DNA of 64,000 nucleotides from Bacteroidales bacterium. GTDB lineage: Bacteria; Bacteroidota; Bacteroidia; Bacteroidales; WCHB1-69. Positions 1-9,674 of the stretch are shown piece by piece. The stretch is from NCBI GenBank assembly GCA_017961265.1, contig JAGCXN010000021.1, positions 4,793-68,792 of the forward strand, written 5' to 3'. Under the pieces are notes generated by a model. That model saw nothing but the letters and a program-made list of their open reading frames with translations, made no database searches and was not told the origin of the DNA. The number at the start of each line of letters is the position of its first letter. Within the stretch, counting starts at the first letter, position 1. Made by a program: the position numbers and the translations under genes.

Positions 1-208
1 AAGCACCAGCGTTGTCGTGGTTGACCGCGATCTTGTTGATGTCGTTGTTGACGATGGCATTCTGGAGCGCCTTGTTTTCAGGGGAACTCTTATAGGATTC
101 CTGAATTTTTTTCAACACGTCAGGAGTCAGTCCCGATTCCTGAGAGTAAGCGGAAAGAGGAACAATCATACTGATAATCAGTATAATTGCAAACTTGATA
201 CACTTCAT
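1..208 (-). CDS. secreted C1-peptidase (aminopeptidase C / PepC-like) N-terminal fragment; the gene runs off the left edge
   Basis: Absent from the ORF track because it is edge-truncated. A reverse-strand ATG at 206-208 opens 69 stop-free codons. These read MKCIKFAIILIISMIVPLSAYSQ (signal peptide), then LTPDVLKKIQESYKSSPENKALQNAIVNNDINKIAVNHDN, which resembles the N-terminus of Bacteroidales PepC-like peptidases. A -7 box lies at 232-239. Confidence 0.35.
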   Translation of the reverse strand, partial: MKCIKFAIILIISMIVPLSAYSQESGLTPDVLKKIQESYKSSPENKALQNAIVNNDINKIAVNHDNAGA

Positions 209-231
209 AGAATTTACTTTAAAAACAGCCG

Positions 232-239
232 CAAAGATA
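232..239 (-). promoter_or_regulatory. -7 box (TATCTTTG on the minus strand)
   Basis: Lies 24 nt upstream of the pepC-like ATG at 208. Confidence 0.5.
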
Positions 240-263
240 TAAAAAATATCGGAACAAAAGTCG

Positions 264-271
264 TATTTTTG
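264..271 (+). promoter_or_regulatory. Bacteroides-type -7 promoter box TATTTTTG
   Basis: Matches TAnnTTTG, 35 nt upstream of the ATG at 306. Confidence 0.5.
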
Positions 272-305
272 CCGCTCGTTTTATGTGAATAACCAAACTC
301 GGAAT

Positions 306-1259
306 ATGTACAATTTCGCACTCATCGGGGCAGCCGGATATATCGCCCCGCGGCACATGCAGGCCATCAAAGAGACCGGCAACAACCTCGTCGCCATCCT
401 TGACAAGTCAGACAGCGTCGGCATCATCGACCGCTATTTTCCCAATGCGGCTCTTTTCCTCGAAACGGAGCGTTTCGACCGCCATATCTACCGTCTTTCC
501 AAGAAGGGTGAAGGCCAGCAGGTGGACTACATCTCCATCTGTTCGCCCAACTATCTCCACGACGCGCACATCCGCCTCGCCCTCCGCAACAACGCCCACG
601 CCATCTGCGAAAAACCGTTGGTGCTGAACACATGGAATCTCGACGGCCTCGAGGATATGGAGAAGGATACGGGCAAGAAGATCTTCCACATCCTGCAGCT
701 CCGTCTCCACCCCTCCGTCCAGAAACTTAAAGAAAAAATCGACGCCGACAAGTCCGGAAAAGTCTATGACATTGACCTGACCTACATCACGGGACGCGGC
801 AAATGGTACTTCTACTCATGGAAGGCCGATATGGCAAAGTCGGGCGGCATCACCACCAACATCGGGGTTCACTTCTTCGATATGCTGACCTACATTTTCG
901 GGCAGGTGAAGGAGAACATCGTTCACTACAAGTCCGACGCCACGGCGGCGGGATTCCTGCAGCTGGAGCGCGCCCGCGTCCGCTGGTTCCTGAGCCTCGA
1001 CGTGCGCCACGTGCCCGCCGACCTCCGCGCCCAAGGCAAGACCACCTACCGCTCCATCCTCATCGACGACGAGACCTTCGAGTTCAGTGACGGCTTCACC
1101 GACCTGCACACCCGCGCCTATGAGAAAATCCTCGCCGGCGACGGCTTCACCCTCAAGGACGCCCGCAACTACGTCAGCATCTGCCAGTCCATCCGCAACA
1201 CCGACGCCGTCGGCCTCATCGGCGACTATCACCCCTATCTGAACAATATAGACAAATAA
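306..1259 (+). CDS. Gfo/Idh/MocA-family NAD-dependent sugar(-nucleotide) oxidoreductase (WbpB-like)
   Basis: Part of ORF 285..1259. It has an N-terminal Rossmann motif (FALIGAAGYIAPRH) and the family EKP motif (AICEKPL). I prefer the ATG at 306 over the GTG at 285 because the -7 box at 264-271 is only 14 nt from 285. The gene sits next to galE. Confidence 0.7.
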   Translation: MYNFALIGAAGYIAPRHMQAIKETGNNLVAILDKSDSVGIIDRYFPNAALFLETERFDRHIYRLSKKGEGQQVDYISICSPNYLHDAHIRLALRNNAHAICEKPLVLNTWNLDGLEDMEKDTGKKIFHILQLRLHPSVQKLKEKIDADKSGKVYDIDLTYITGRGKWYFYSWKADMAKSGGITTNIGVHFFDMLTYIFGQVKENIVHYKSDATAAGFLQLERARVRWFLSLDVRHVPADLRAQGKTTYRSILIDDETFEFSDGFTDLHTRAYEKILAGDGFTLKDARNYVSICQSIRNTDAVGLIGDYHPYLNNIDK

Positions 1260-1280
1260 ACCTCTCTGACATAAAGTTTT

Positions 1281-2303
1281 ATGAAGAAAATAATCGTCAC
1301 AGGTGGAAATGGCTACATCGGTTCCCACACCCTCATCCAACTAATACGCAGCGGCGAATTTGCCGTCGCCTCCGTCGATAACCTCAGCCGCTCCGCCCGC
1401 GGCACAATGGACCGCATCGAAAAAATCACGGGACAAAAAGTGGTCAATTACGAAGTCGATATTTGCGACAAAGAGGCCTTCTTTTCCGTCATTGAGAAAG
1501 AAGGTCCTGTGGACGGCATCATTCATTTCGCCGCCTACAAGTGCGTGCCCGAGTCAGTGGACAAGCCGGTGATGTATTACCGCAACAACCTCAACTCGCT
1601 TCTTAACGTGTTGGAAGCCTGCGAGAAGTACCACGTTCCGAACCTGATTTTCTCCTCCTCCTGCTCGATTTATGGCGAAGTGGAAAAACTGCCCGTGACG
1701 GAGGCCACCCCGATGGGCATCGCGGCCTGCCCTTACGCCCACACCAAACAGATCGGCGAAGGGATGATTGAGGCGTTCACGAAAAAAAACACGGATTTCC
1801 ACGCCATCCTACTCCGCTACTTCAACCCCGTCGGCGCAGACATGACCGGTCTGAACGGCGAGCTATCGCCCGACACACCCAACAACCTGATGCCCATTAT
1901 CATGGAGACAGGCATAGGCACCCGCCCCGAAATGACGGTCTATGGCACCGACTACGACACCCGCGACGGATCCTGCATCCGCGACTACATCCACGTCACC
2001 GACATCGCCGATGCGCACGTCAAGGCCCTGCAGTTCCTGCTGCGCGGCGAAAGTCCGTCCAACTGCGAAATCTTCAACCTCGGCAGCGGCAACGGTATTT
2101 CCGTTCTGGAAATGCTCAACGCTTTCGAAAAAATCACCGGACAAAAGCTGAACTACAAGCTCGGCGGACGCCGTCAGGGCGACATCCCCGCCATTTACAG
2201 CAACAGCGAAAAGGCACACCGCCTGCTCCACTGGGAATGCCAATACAACGTGGAAGACATGATCAAATCCGCGTGGGCATGGGAACACAACCGCATGAAA
2301 TAG
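1281..2303 (+). CDS. galE: UDP-glucose 4-epimerase
   Basis: 340 aa with VTGGNGYIGSH Rossmann motif, a catalytic YxxxK (PYAHTKQ) and typical GalE length and C-terminus. Confidence 0.9.
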   Translation: MKKIIVTGGNGYIGSHTLIQLIRSGEFAVASVDNLSRSARGTMDRIEKITGQKVVNYEVDICDKEAFFSVIEKEGPVDGIIHFAAYKCVPESVDKPVMYYRNNLNSLLNVLEACEKYHVPNLIFSSSCSIYGEVEKLPVTEATPMGIAACPYAHTKQIGEGMIEAFTKKNTDFHAILLRYFNPVGADMTGLNGELSPDTPNNLMPIIMETGIGTRPEMTVYGTDYDTRDGSCIRDYIHVTDIADAHVKALQFLLRGESPSNCEIFNLGSGNGISVLEMLNAFEKITGQKLNYKLGGRRQGDIPAIYSNSEKAHRLLHWECQYNVEDMIKSAWAWEHNRMK

Positions 2304-2324
2304 TCCGGAATAATTCACTGGTTC

Positions 2325-3647
2325 ATGGTACAAATCGGAAAAATCACTTTAGGTGAAGGACTGCCCATTGTGGTGCAGTCGATGACCAACACGTTCACTT
2401 CAGACGTGGAGGCGAGTATAGCGCAAGTGAAACGAATGGTAGAAGCGGGTTGCCAAATGGTCCGTCTGACGGTTCCATCAATGAAGGAGGTGGAATCGTT
2501 GCGCGAGATCAAGCGCCGGCTCCGGACGGAAGGCATTGACACACCGCTCATTGCCGATGTCCATTTTCTGCCTGAGGTGGCAAAAGCATGTGCCAGCTTT
2601 GTGGAGAAAGTACGGGTGAACCCCGGAAACTTCACCGACAAACGCAGCTTCCGACAATTAGACCTCACCGACAGCGAATATGCCGCAGCGGTGGAGGCGA
2701 TGGCACTGCGTGCCAAACCGCTGTTCGACATCTGCAAGGAACATGGGACAGCCCTCCGTATCGGTATCAACCACGGCTCACTCAGCGACCGCATCGTAAG
2801 CCGTTACGGAAACACGCCGTTCGCCATGGCACAGTCAGCCATGGAGTGGGTGGAGATCTGCGACCGCTACGGATTCCACAACGTAGTTTTCTCAATGAAA
2901 TCGAGCAATGTGAACGTGATGACCGAAGCGACGATGCTGCTACTGAAGCAGATGCGCGAAGCGGGCGCCGTCCATCCACTGCACCTCGGTGTCACCGAGG
3001 CTGGCGCGGGCGACGAAGGCCGCGTGAAGTCGGCGGCGGGCATAGGGGCGCTGCTACTCAACGGTATCGGCAGCACCATCCGCGTGTCGCTCACCGAACC
3101 GCCTGAAAACGAAGTCCCCTTCGCCAAATTGCTGACCCGCCTCAACGAGACGAAAGCCGACATCACCACCGAACGGCACGACAACTGCCTGACCATCACC
3201 TACAACATCGGTGACCGTCAGCAATGGATGGCCGTTACTGCCGCCCATGCTGGCTACGAACATTTCCGTAATCCTCTGAAAGATATCAAACTACGCAACC
3301 GTTTCTTCACAGAATCGGAATGTCAGCACCTTGCCGACCTCATCCTGCAAGCCTGCCGTATCAAGATGACCCACACAGAAATCATCTCCTGTCCCTCGTG
3401 CGGACGCACCCAGTACGATATCCAAAGTGCCTTGGCCAAAGTAAAAGCCCGCTTCGGGAACTATCCGAACCTGAAAATTGGCGTGATGGGCTGCATCGTC
3501 AACGGGCCTGGCGAAATGGCCGATGCCGACTACGGAATCGTCGGTGCCTCACACGGAAAAGTGGCCGTCTATCGACAAAAAGAACGCCTCACCCAACCGA
3601 TGGAGGTGAATGAGGCGCTTGACTATCTGGAAAAGATCATCCGTTAA
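2325..3647 (+). CDS. ispG: 4-hydroxy-3-methylbut-2-enyl diphosphate synthase (GcpE)
   Basis: N-terminal TIM-barrel motifs (VQSMTNT, VRVNPGN) and C-terminal 4Fe-4S ligands (ISCPSCGRT, GCIVNGPGE). Confidence 0.9.
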   Translation: MVQIGKITLGEGLPIVVQSMTNTFTSDVEASIAQVKRMVEAGCQMVRLTVPSMKEVESLREIKRRLRTEGIDTPLIADVHFLPEVAKACASFVEKVRVNPGNFTDKRSFRQLDLTDSEYAAAVEAMALRAKPLFDICKEHGTALRIGINHGSLSDRIVSRYGNTPFAMAQSAMEWVEICDRYGFHNVVFSMKSSNVNVMTEATMLLLKQMREAGAVHPLHLGVTEAGAGDEGRVKSAAGIGALLLNGIGSTIRVSLTEPPENEVPFAKLLTRLNETKADITTERHDNCLTITYNIGDRQQWMAVTAAHAGYEHFRNPLKDIKLRNRFFTESECQHLADLILQACRIKMTHTEIISCPSCGRTQYDIQSALAKVKARFGNYPNLKIGVMGCIVNGPGEMADADYGIVGASHGKVAVYRQKERLTQPMEVNEALDYLEKIIR

Positions 3648-4964
3648 CTACCAGTCAACCAAACAAGCATCAAGGTCGCGGGCAATAGCAGCGGTATCCA
3701 TTTTCTGTCCGATGAAGACCAGTTTCTGCATACGGTCACCGTACTCATCGTCCCAGTCTGCACGGAAGGTGGCATCGCGTTCCATCAACAACTGAAGTTC
3801 ATCGGGCGGCAATGTAGCGAACCACAAGCCAATGTCTTTTAACGAAACCTGCTTTCCCGCCTGCTCGAACATATAGCAACTATCCATTTCATTACGGAAG
3901 TAACAGATTCCCTTGATACGGATCACATTCTTCGGGATTTTGCGGGCAACAAAGTCATCGAAATCACTGAGACGGAAGGGCTTGCGACGATAATAGACGT
4001 ATGTGCCGATGCCATACTCCTCCACCTCTCCCCCTTCGTGGTCATGATGGTGGTGATGGTGGTGTCCATGCTCCTCCTCATGATGGTGAAGGTCTTCATC
4101 CTCCTCTTCATGATGGTGATGATGCTCGTGATGTTCGTGTTCGTCATCGTCATCATCCTCGTGATGGTGGTGATGTTCTTCCTCCTCGGGATGGTGGTGA
4201 TGTTCTTCCTCCTCGTGCTCGTCTTCCTCCTCACGATGGGCTTCCACTTCCTGAATCCACGTAGCGGAGGCGGCCACCTTGTCAAAATCGAACATCTTGG
4301 TATTCAATATCTTGTCAAAATCCACATCACCATAATCGCATTCGATGATTTGGGCGACGGGCTGCAAGGCGTGAATAATTTCCTTCACGCGACCCAATTC
4401 TGCCGGCGTAACCTCGGAGGCCTTGTTAAGGAGGACGATATTACAGAATTCAATCTGCTGGATGACAAGGTTTTCGATATCATCTTCTTCAATATTTTTA
4501 CGAAGAAGGTCGTTGCCGCAACCAAACTCGCTCTGCATACGGAGTGCATCCACCACAGTGACGATACAGTCAAGGACGGGAATGCCGTGCTTGGTAAAAT
4601 CGGCGCCCATTTGCGGGATGGAGCAGAGGGTCTGTGCAATCGGCGCGGGTTCGCAGATGCCGCTGGCCTCGATGACAATATAGTCAAAACGCTGTTGTGC
4701 AAGGATTTCCTGCAGCTGCTGCACAAGGTTCATCTTTAGGGTGCAGCAGATACAGCCGTTTTGAAGAGCCACGAGGCTGTCGTCTTCCTGATTGACGATG
4801 CCGCCCTTCTGTATCAGGTCGGCATCAATATTGACTTCACCGATGTCATTGACAATCACGGCGAACTTGATGCCACGGCGGTTGGTTAGGATTCGGTTTA
4901 GGAGAGTGGTTTTGCCGCTGCCGAGATAGCCGGTAAGCAGCAGGACGGGAGTTTCTTGTTTCAT
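3648..4964 (-). CDS. COG0523-family (CobW/YeiR/ZigA-like) metallochaperone GTPase with a long His/Glu/Asp-rich insertion
   Basis: P-loop GYLGSGKTT, CxCC metal motif (GCICCT) and VIEASG switch. A ~75-residue HHHH/EEEE/DDDD tract is encoded at about 4025-4255. The start codon overlaps the rluB stop (TAATG at 4962-4966). Confidence 0.85.
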   Translation of the reverse strand: MKQETPVLLLTGYLGSGKTTLLNRILTNRRGIKFAVIVNDIGEVNIDADLIQKGGIVNQEDDSLVALQNGCICCTLKMNLVQQLQEILAQQRFDYIVIEASGICEPAPIAQTLCSIPQMGADFTKHGIPVLDCIVTVVDALRMQSEFGCGNDLLRKNIEEDDIENLVIQQIEFCNIVLLNKASEVTPAELGRVKEIIHALQPVAQIIECDYGDVDFDKILNTKMFDFDKVAASATWIQEVEAHREEEDEHEEEEHHHHPEEEEHHHHHEDDDDDEHEHHEHHHHHEEEDEDLHHHEEEHGHHHHHHHDHEGGEVEEYGIGTYVYYRRKPFRLSDFDDFVARKIPKNVIRIKGICYFRNEMDSCYMFEQAGKQVSLKDIGLWFATLPPDELQLLMERDATFRADWDDEYGDRMQKLVFIGQKMDTAAIARDLDACLVDW

Positions 4965-6130
4965 TATTTGTTCGTGCCAATCATTTTCAAATAGTTAACC
5001 TCCTCTTGGGTGAGGAAGCGCCAGCTGCCGCGCGGAAGGTCTTTTTTGGTAAGGCCGGCGAAGACCACGCGATCAAGTTTTACCACATCATAACCGAGGG
5101 ATTCGAAGATACGGCGTACAATGCGGTTTCGCCCGGAGTGGATTGTAACCCCGATTTCATCTTTATGGTCACCCACGTATGCGATTTCATCAACCTCCAT
5201 CTGCCCGTCATCCAGTTCAATGCCATCGGCAATTTGCTGGAAGTCGGCATGGGTCAGGTTCTTATTCAGGGTGACGTGGTAAATTTTGCGCACACCACTG
5301 CGGGGATGTGTAAGTTTCTTGGTCATCTCTCCATCGTTGGTGAACAGCAGCAGTCCCGTGGTGTCACGGTCGAGCCGTCCGACGGGGTAGATACGTTCCT
5401 TGCAGGCCCCTTTCACTAACTGCATCACATGCTTGCGGTCGAACTCATCGTCCATGGTGGTGATATAGTCCTTCGGTTTGTTAAGCAGGAGATAGACGGG
5501 ACGTTCGCGTTGGAGAAGAGTGTCACCGAAACGCACCTCGTCGGTCGGCATCACCTTGAAACCAAGCTCGGTAACGACTTTTCCATTAACGGAGATGGCA
5601 CCGGCTTCGATGAGGGTGTCGGCTTCACGGCGGGAACAGACACCGGCATTGGCGATGTACTTGTTAAGACGGATAGGCAGGCTTTGCTGGTCTTGTTCGA
5701 GCGAGCGAACCTTCACCTTTTCGGGTGACGGGCGGCCTTCGCGGCGGCGTTTGGCCACGATTTCACTTAAAATTTCCGATTCGGCAGTCACATCGCGGCG
5801 GCGCTTTGCTGGAACCGCATCATGGTCACGGCGCGGGCGGAAATCGCCGTCCCGGTCGGGGCGGGTCTTTGAGAACGAGCGTTTGGGCGTGTCACCGCCT
5901 CTGTCACGGTCGAAAGAGCGGCGCTTGTCCCCATCAAAGGAGCGTTTCTTGTCGCTGTCAAAGGAGCGGCGTCCGCCGGTGCGTCTGGGGCGTTCATCTC
6001 CCTCCTCGTCGTCGTGCGGACGGGATCTGTAACTCTTTTTCGGAGAGGAAGCGCGTCCGAAGCCGCGTTCTTCACTCGGTTTATCTTTATGGAAAGTCCT
6101 CTTATTCTGGAATTTATCACTATTATACAT
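4964..6130 (-). CDS. rluB: RluB/RsuA-family rRNA pseudouridine synthase with an Arg/Asp/Lys-rich disordered N-terminal extension
   Basis: S4 domain (IRLNKYIANAGVCSRREAD) and catalytic PVGRLDRDTTGLL. The ORF-track start at 6151 is a TTG lying inside the -7 box (6149-6156), so the ATG at 6130 is more likely. Confidence 0.8.
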   Translation of the reverse strand: MYNSDKFQNKRTFHKDKPSEERGFGRASSPKKSYRSRPHDDEEGDERPRRTGGRRSFDSDKKRSFDGDKRRSFDRDRGGDTPKRSFSKTRPDRDGDFRPRRDHDAVPAKRRRDVTAESEILSEIVAKRRREGRPSPEKVKVRSLEQDQQSLPIRLNKYIANAGVCSRREADTLIEAGAISVNGKVVTELGFKVMPTDEVRFGDTLLQRERPVYLLLNKPKDYITTMDDEFDRKHVMQLVKGACKERIYPVGRLDRDTTGLLLFTNDGEMTKKLTHPRSGVRKIYHVTLNKNLTHADFQQIADGIELDDGQMEVDEIAYVGDHKDEIGVTIHSGRNRIVRRIFESLGYDVVKLDRVVFAGLTKKDLPRGSWRFLTQEEVNYLKMIGTNK

Positions 6131-6148
6131 ACTCTGAAAATTTTGCGG

Positions 6149-6156
6149 CAAAGATA
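6149..6156 (-). promoter_or_regulatory. -7 box (TATCTTTG) for the rluB / COG0523 operon
   Basis: Lies 18 nt upstream of the ATG at 6130. Confidence 0.5.
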
Positions 6157-6206
6157 CACGATTTTCGCTATCTGTCAGCGTAAATCCTTGAAAAATAAAT
6201 CATAAA

Positions 6207-6235
6207 AGGCGGCCCTGTTAAAACCAAAGCCGCCT
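6207..6235 (-). terminator. hairpin AGGCGGC-N15-GCCGCCT downstream of the four-helix-bundle gene
   Basis: 7-bp GC stem followed by a short T run on the minus strand. Confidence 0.4.
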
Positions 6236-6256
6236 ATAACATATGGAGCAAGAAAA

Positions 6257-6691
6257 CTAAATCATCATGTTCGGCATATCGTCCTCGCCGAGCTCCTCCC
6301 CACGAGTTCCGACACTGCGCTGCAATGAAGCCACCAACGAACCAATCATCTTGGTGAGCTCCATCAGCTGGGAACGCGAAAATTCTTTGTCCATTTCATT
6401 CATAACCTCTTCTTTAGAAGCGATTTCCGTATATACAACACACTCCCTGACCGCACTTTTGGCCATCTTAAGATAATAGACAAATTGCGCCTTGTTGCGA
6501 GCGGAACCCTCCGCAATGTTCAAGGCGATGGCTTGCGCGGATTTAACGAAAGACTCCGCAATCGTATAACGGTAACTTTCTGGCATTGCATTAGTTGCAG
6601 AGTGCACCCAATGAATATAATCAAGGGCTTTGGCATAGATTCTCAAGTCTTCAAACCTGAAAAAACTAACAGTGTTCTCTTGTTCAGTCAT
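6257..6691 (-). CDS. four-helix-bundle protein (23S rRNA intervening-sequence-protein family)
   Basis: FEDLRIYAKALDY...AQAIALNIAEGSARNKAQFVYYLKMAKSAVRE matches the family pattern. I prefer the ATG at 6691 (MTEQEN) because the -7 box lies at 6725-6732. Confidence 0.65.
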   Translation of the reverse strand: MTEQENTVSFFRFEDLRIYAKALDYIHWVHSATNAMPESYRYTIAESFVKSAQAIALNIAEGSARNKAQFVYYLKMAKSAVRECVVYTEIASKEEVMNEMDKEFSRSQLMELTKMIGSLVASLQRSVGTRGEELGEDDMPNMMI

Positions 6692-6724
6692 GTTAAAATG
6701 TTTTGTATTAGTAAAAAAGCGCGG

Positions 6725-6732
6725 CAAAATTA
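6725..6732 (-). promoter_or_regulatory. -7 box (TAATTTTG)
   Basis: Upstream of the four-helix-bundle gene ATG at 6691. Confidence 0.4.
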
Positions 6733-6840
6733 TACAAATTTTCCAAAAACACTCTTTTGTTTCTAAAAAAACATATCAAATTTAACTGAAAAAAATCGTG
6801 TTTTCAGGGGAAAATCGGCATGTGCCGCCACATTTTCACA

Positions 6841-7767
6841 TTACAAATGGGCAATGTCAACCCAATGGATGACGAAACCGGAACGCTCCATTTTCCGGAA
6901 CCACGTCATCTGCCGCTTGGAGAACTGGTGGATGGCCGTATTCAGCTTCACAAACATCTCCTCCTTGGATATTTGCCCCAAGATAAACATTGTAACAAAT
7001 TTGTATTCAAGTCCATAACGAAGAAGCTGGTTTACATTGGCCCCTTGATTGATCAACGACTCCACCTCCTCTATCATGCCATTGTCCAGACGTTCCTTCA
7101 AACGTCGGGTGATGCGGGAACGAATGAGGTCGCGGTCGCCGCAAAGCCCGATGATAACAGACGGAATTTCCCTTGTAACATCTTTCCATTCAGGATGTTG
7201 CTGGTAGTAATACTCGATTTCGACGGCCTTGATGAGCCGCGGACGCTCGCAAGTGTCGGTATGATTGTGCAACGCCCGAAACGACTTGAGGATTTCGGTC
7301 AGCTCCTCGTCGGTTTTGGCCGACAGTTCGGCATAGAGCTGCGGGTCACGGGTGACGGGCGCGAGACGGTAGCCGCCGAGCAACGCCTCGATGTACATGC
7401 CGCTGCCCCCGCACAGCACGATTTCGCGGCCGCGGGCGCGGATCTCGTCCATCGCCACGTAGGCCGCCTGCTGATACTGCGCCACATTGTACTCCATACC
7501 CGGCTCAGCGATGTCAATCAGGTGGTACGGAATCTCCTGTCCGTCTATCACATAATCCTCCAGGTCCTTACCCGTCCCGATGTCCATGCCCCGATACACC
7601 TGCCGTGAGTCGGCGCTGATGATCTCGCCACCGAAGTCACGGGCGATACGGACGGCCAGACGGGTTTTTCCCGTCGCTGTCGGCCCCAGCACGGTGATGA
7701 TCTCCTCATCCCGCTTCGACCGGACCAGCCGGCAAATATCGTCGTAACCTTTCAGCACTTCGGACAT
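6841..7767 (-). CDS. miaA: tRNA dimethylallyltransferase
   Basis: P-loop VLGPTATGKT, then ISADSRQVYRGMDIGTGK and HHLID-like motifs. 308 aa. Confidence 0.9.
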   Translation of the reverse strand: MSEVLKGYDDICRLVRSKRDEEIITVLGPTATGKTRLAVRIARDFGGEIISADSRQVYRGMDIGTGKDLEDYVIDGQEIPYHLIDIAEPGMEYNVAQYQQAAYVAMDEIRARGREIVLCGGSGMYIEALLGGYRLAPVTRDPQLYAELSAKTDEELTEILKSFRALHNHTDTCERPRLIKAVEIEYYYQQHPEWKDVTREIPSVIIGLCGDRDLIRSRITRRLKERLDNGMIEEVESLINQGANVNQLLRYGLEYKFVTMFILGQISKEEMFVKLNTAIHQFSKRQMTWFRKMERSGFVIHWVDIAHL

Positions 7768-7788
7768 AAGATTCTTTTTATCAATCTA

Positions 7789-9444
7789 TTAATAATGAAA
7801 ATTACTGCCGCCGACGAACTCCCTAATAATGGAAACGCCAGGGATGTTCTTTTCGAGGATGGGTTCGAAATAGGAGAGGAACTTCAGCAGACGGCACGCT
7901 TCGGCATATTCCGGAACCGTCTCGGGCACCTCGTTCAACACGGGCACAGCGTAGGGTTTGAGAATGCCCAACTCGTAAATAAGGGCGGTATTGATCATGT
8001 CATCGGCGTTTTCCTGATAGGGGAAAATGTTACGGACTTCGCCGTTACGCACGCTCTGCCAGCGTTTTAGCGTTTCCAGAGCGGAATAGCCGCGGTACTT
8101 GTGGTCGCGTACGATGCGACGGATCAGGCGGTTATCGCTGGTGGGTATCGGGTTCTGCGAGTCGATGGATATCGAGGTAAGCGCCGATACATATATTTTA
8201 TATTTGGCTTCGTCGGGGATGGAGGCGGTGAGACGCGGGTTCAGGCAGTGGATGCCCTCCACCACCAGAATGGAGTTTTCCTCCATCTTTATGGTTTTGC
8301 CCTCCCATTTCTTGCTTCCCGACGGGAAATCAAACGTGGGCAGCGGCATCTCCTTTCCTTCCGCAAGACCCAGCAATGTCCTGTTAAACAATTCCAAATC
8401 AATGGCTTCGAGAGCCTCGAAGTCAAATTCTCCGTTCTTGTCGCGGGGAGTTTCGTCCCTTTCTACGAAGAAGTCGTCCACCGAAATCTGCACCGGCTTG
8501 TAGCCCAGCAGTTCCAATTGGACTGAAAGTCGCTTGCAGGAGGTCGTCTTCCCCGAGGAAGACGGACCGCAGATCAGCACCATTTTCACCCCTTTGCGGG
8601 CGGCGATATTATCGGCAATTCTTGCGAAATTGCGTTCCAGATTGGCCTCCGTCAGATGGATAAGTTCAGCGATACTTCCGTCCAACACCTTGTCGTTCAA
8701 GTCCATGACATACGGTACACCGAAGCGGCTGGCCCAGTCCTTGTACTCTTTATACACGGAAAACAACTTGGGCAGCATGCGTGTGGCGTTAATCTTTTCG
8801 GGATGGGCGCGCGACGGAGCCTTCAGCAAAAGCCCGCTTTCATATTTCTCTAATTTGAAAGAGGTCAAGTAGCCCGTAGAAGGCAGCAGAAAACCATAAT
8901 AGTAGTTGATGCAATCGTCCAATCGATAGATGCTGGTGTAGATACGGCTGCGATGGCGGAACATCTTCTCCTTTTCGTCCATGCCATAGCTTCGGTACTC
9001 CTCAAGTGCCTCTTTGGTAGGAAGTTCTTCGCGTCTGAAGGGCAGATTTTTTCTCACCAATTCCATCATACGCGATTCCAGAGTGCGGGCCACCTCTTCC
9101 GTCACTCCGCCCCCCAGTCCGTCCAAGGCGCAGTATTTGCCGCTGGAGATGGAGTGTAGGATACGCAGTTTCACTCCTGGAAGCATATCCTTAACCGCCT
9201 TGAACAACAGAAAATAGAGCGAACGGCAGTACATCGCACTCCCATAAAGAGAAGTAATATCGAAAAAGTTGATTTGCGACGGCTTGTGAATCCGGTAGGT
9301 CAGGTCGCGCACCTTGTTGTTGACCAACGCGCCCAGAATCGGGTTCGGCAGTTTCACATTCTCCGCCTTGGCGATTTCCATCAGCGAAGTCCCAAAGGGA
9401 TAATCTTTCTGTGTTTTGGTATTAAGGCTAGTAATGGTTATCAT
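7789..9444 (-). CDS. uridine-kinase/PRK-family nucleoside kinase fused to an N-terminal TGS/ThrRS-like domain
   Basis: Walker A (ICGPSSSGKTT) in the C-terminal half and a beta-grasp-like N-terminus. At 551 aa it matches the Bacteroidales long udk-like proteins. Confidence 0.6.
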   Translation of the reverse strand: MITITSLNTKTQKDYPFGTSLMEIAKAENVKLPNPILGALVNNKVRDLTYRIHKPSQINFFDITSLYGSAMYCRSLYFLLFKAVKDMLPGVKLRILHSISSGKYCALDGLGGGVTEEVARTLESRMMELVRKNLPFRREELPTKEALEEYRSYGMDEKEKMFRHRSRIYTSIYRLDDCINYYYGFLLPSTGYLTSFKLEKYESGLLLKAPSRAHPEKINATRMLPKLFSVYKEYKDWASRFGVPYVMDLNDKVLDGSIAELIHLTEANLERNFARIADNIAARKGVKMVLICGPSSSGKTTSCKRLSVQLELLGYKPVQISVDDFFVERDETPRDKNGEFDFEALEAIDLELFNRTLLGLAEGKEMPLPTFDFPSGSKKWEGKTIKMEENSILVVEGIHCLNPRLTASIPDEAKYKIYVSALTSISIDSQNPIPTSDNRLIRRIVRDHKYRGYSALETLKRWQSVRNGEVRNIFPYQENADDMINTALIYELGILKPYAVPVLNEVPETVPEYAEACRLLKFLSYFEPILEKNIPGVSIIREFVGGSNFHY

Positions 9445-9525
9445 TTTTCAAGTTAAAAGTTTAGAGTTTCTAATATTTTGTTTCAAGTTAAGGAGTTAAA
9501 ATGTGAAGATGCAAAGATTTTTTAG

Positions 9526-9554
9526 GTAGAGCCGTCATAATATGGCGGCTGATC
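9526..9554. repeat. REP-like hairpin GTAGAGCCGTCATAATATGGCGGCTGATC
   Basis: Arms AGCCGTCATA / TATGGCGGCT with one G-T position. A near-identical copy lies at 15228-15256. Confidence 0.75.
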
Positions 9555-9570
9555 GGTGGGTTTGTAGAAG

Positions 9571-9654
9571 GTGATAGGTAATAGGGAATCGGTGATAGGT
9601 GATAGGTAATAGGTAATAGGTAATAGGTGATAGGTAATAGGTAATAGGTAATCG
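9571..9654. repeat. heptanucleotide tandem array (GTRATAG)n, 12 units
   Basis: Read directly as gtgatag gtaatag ggaatcg gtgatag gtgatag gtaatag x3 gtgatag gtaatag x2 gtaatcg. Confidence 0.9.
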
Positions 9655-9674
9655 TATAATCGCATCCTCTATAA

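Noticed and set aside
17-292. 91-aa plus-strand ORF at the left edge
   Set aside because: It is antisense to the signal-peptide-bearing pepC-like fragment and spans that gene's promoter region.
4038-4739. 233-aa plus-strand ORF beginning MVMMVVMVV
   Set aside because: This is the antisense reading of the His/Glu/Asp tract of the COG0523 gene. It has no independent support.
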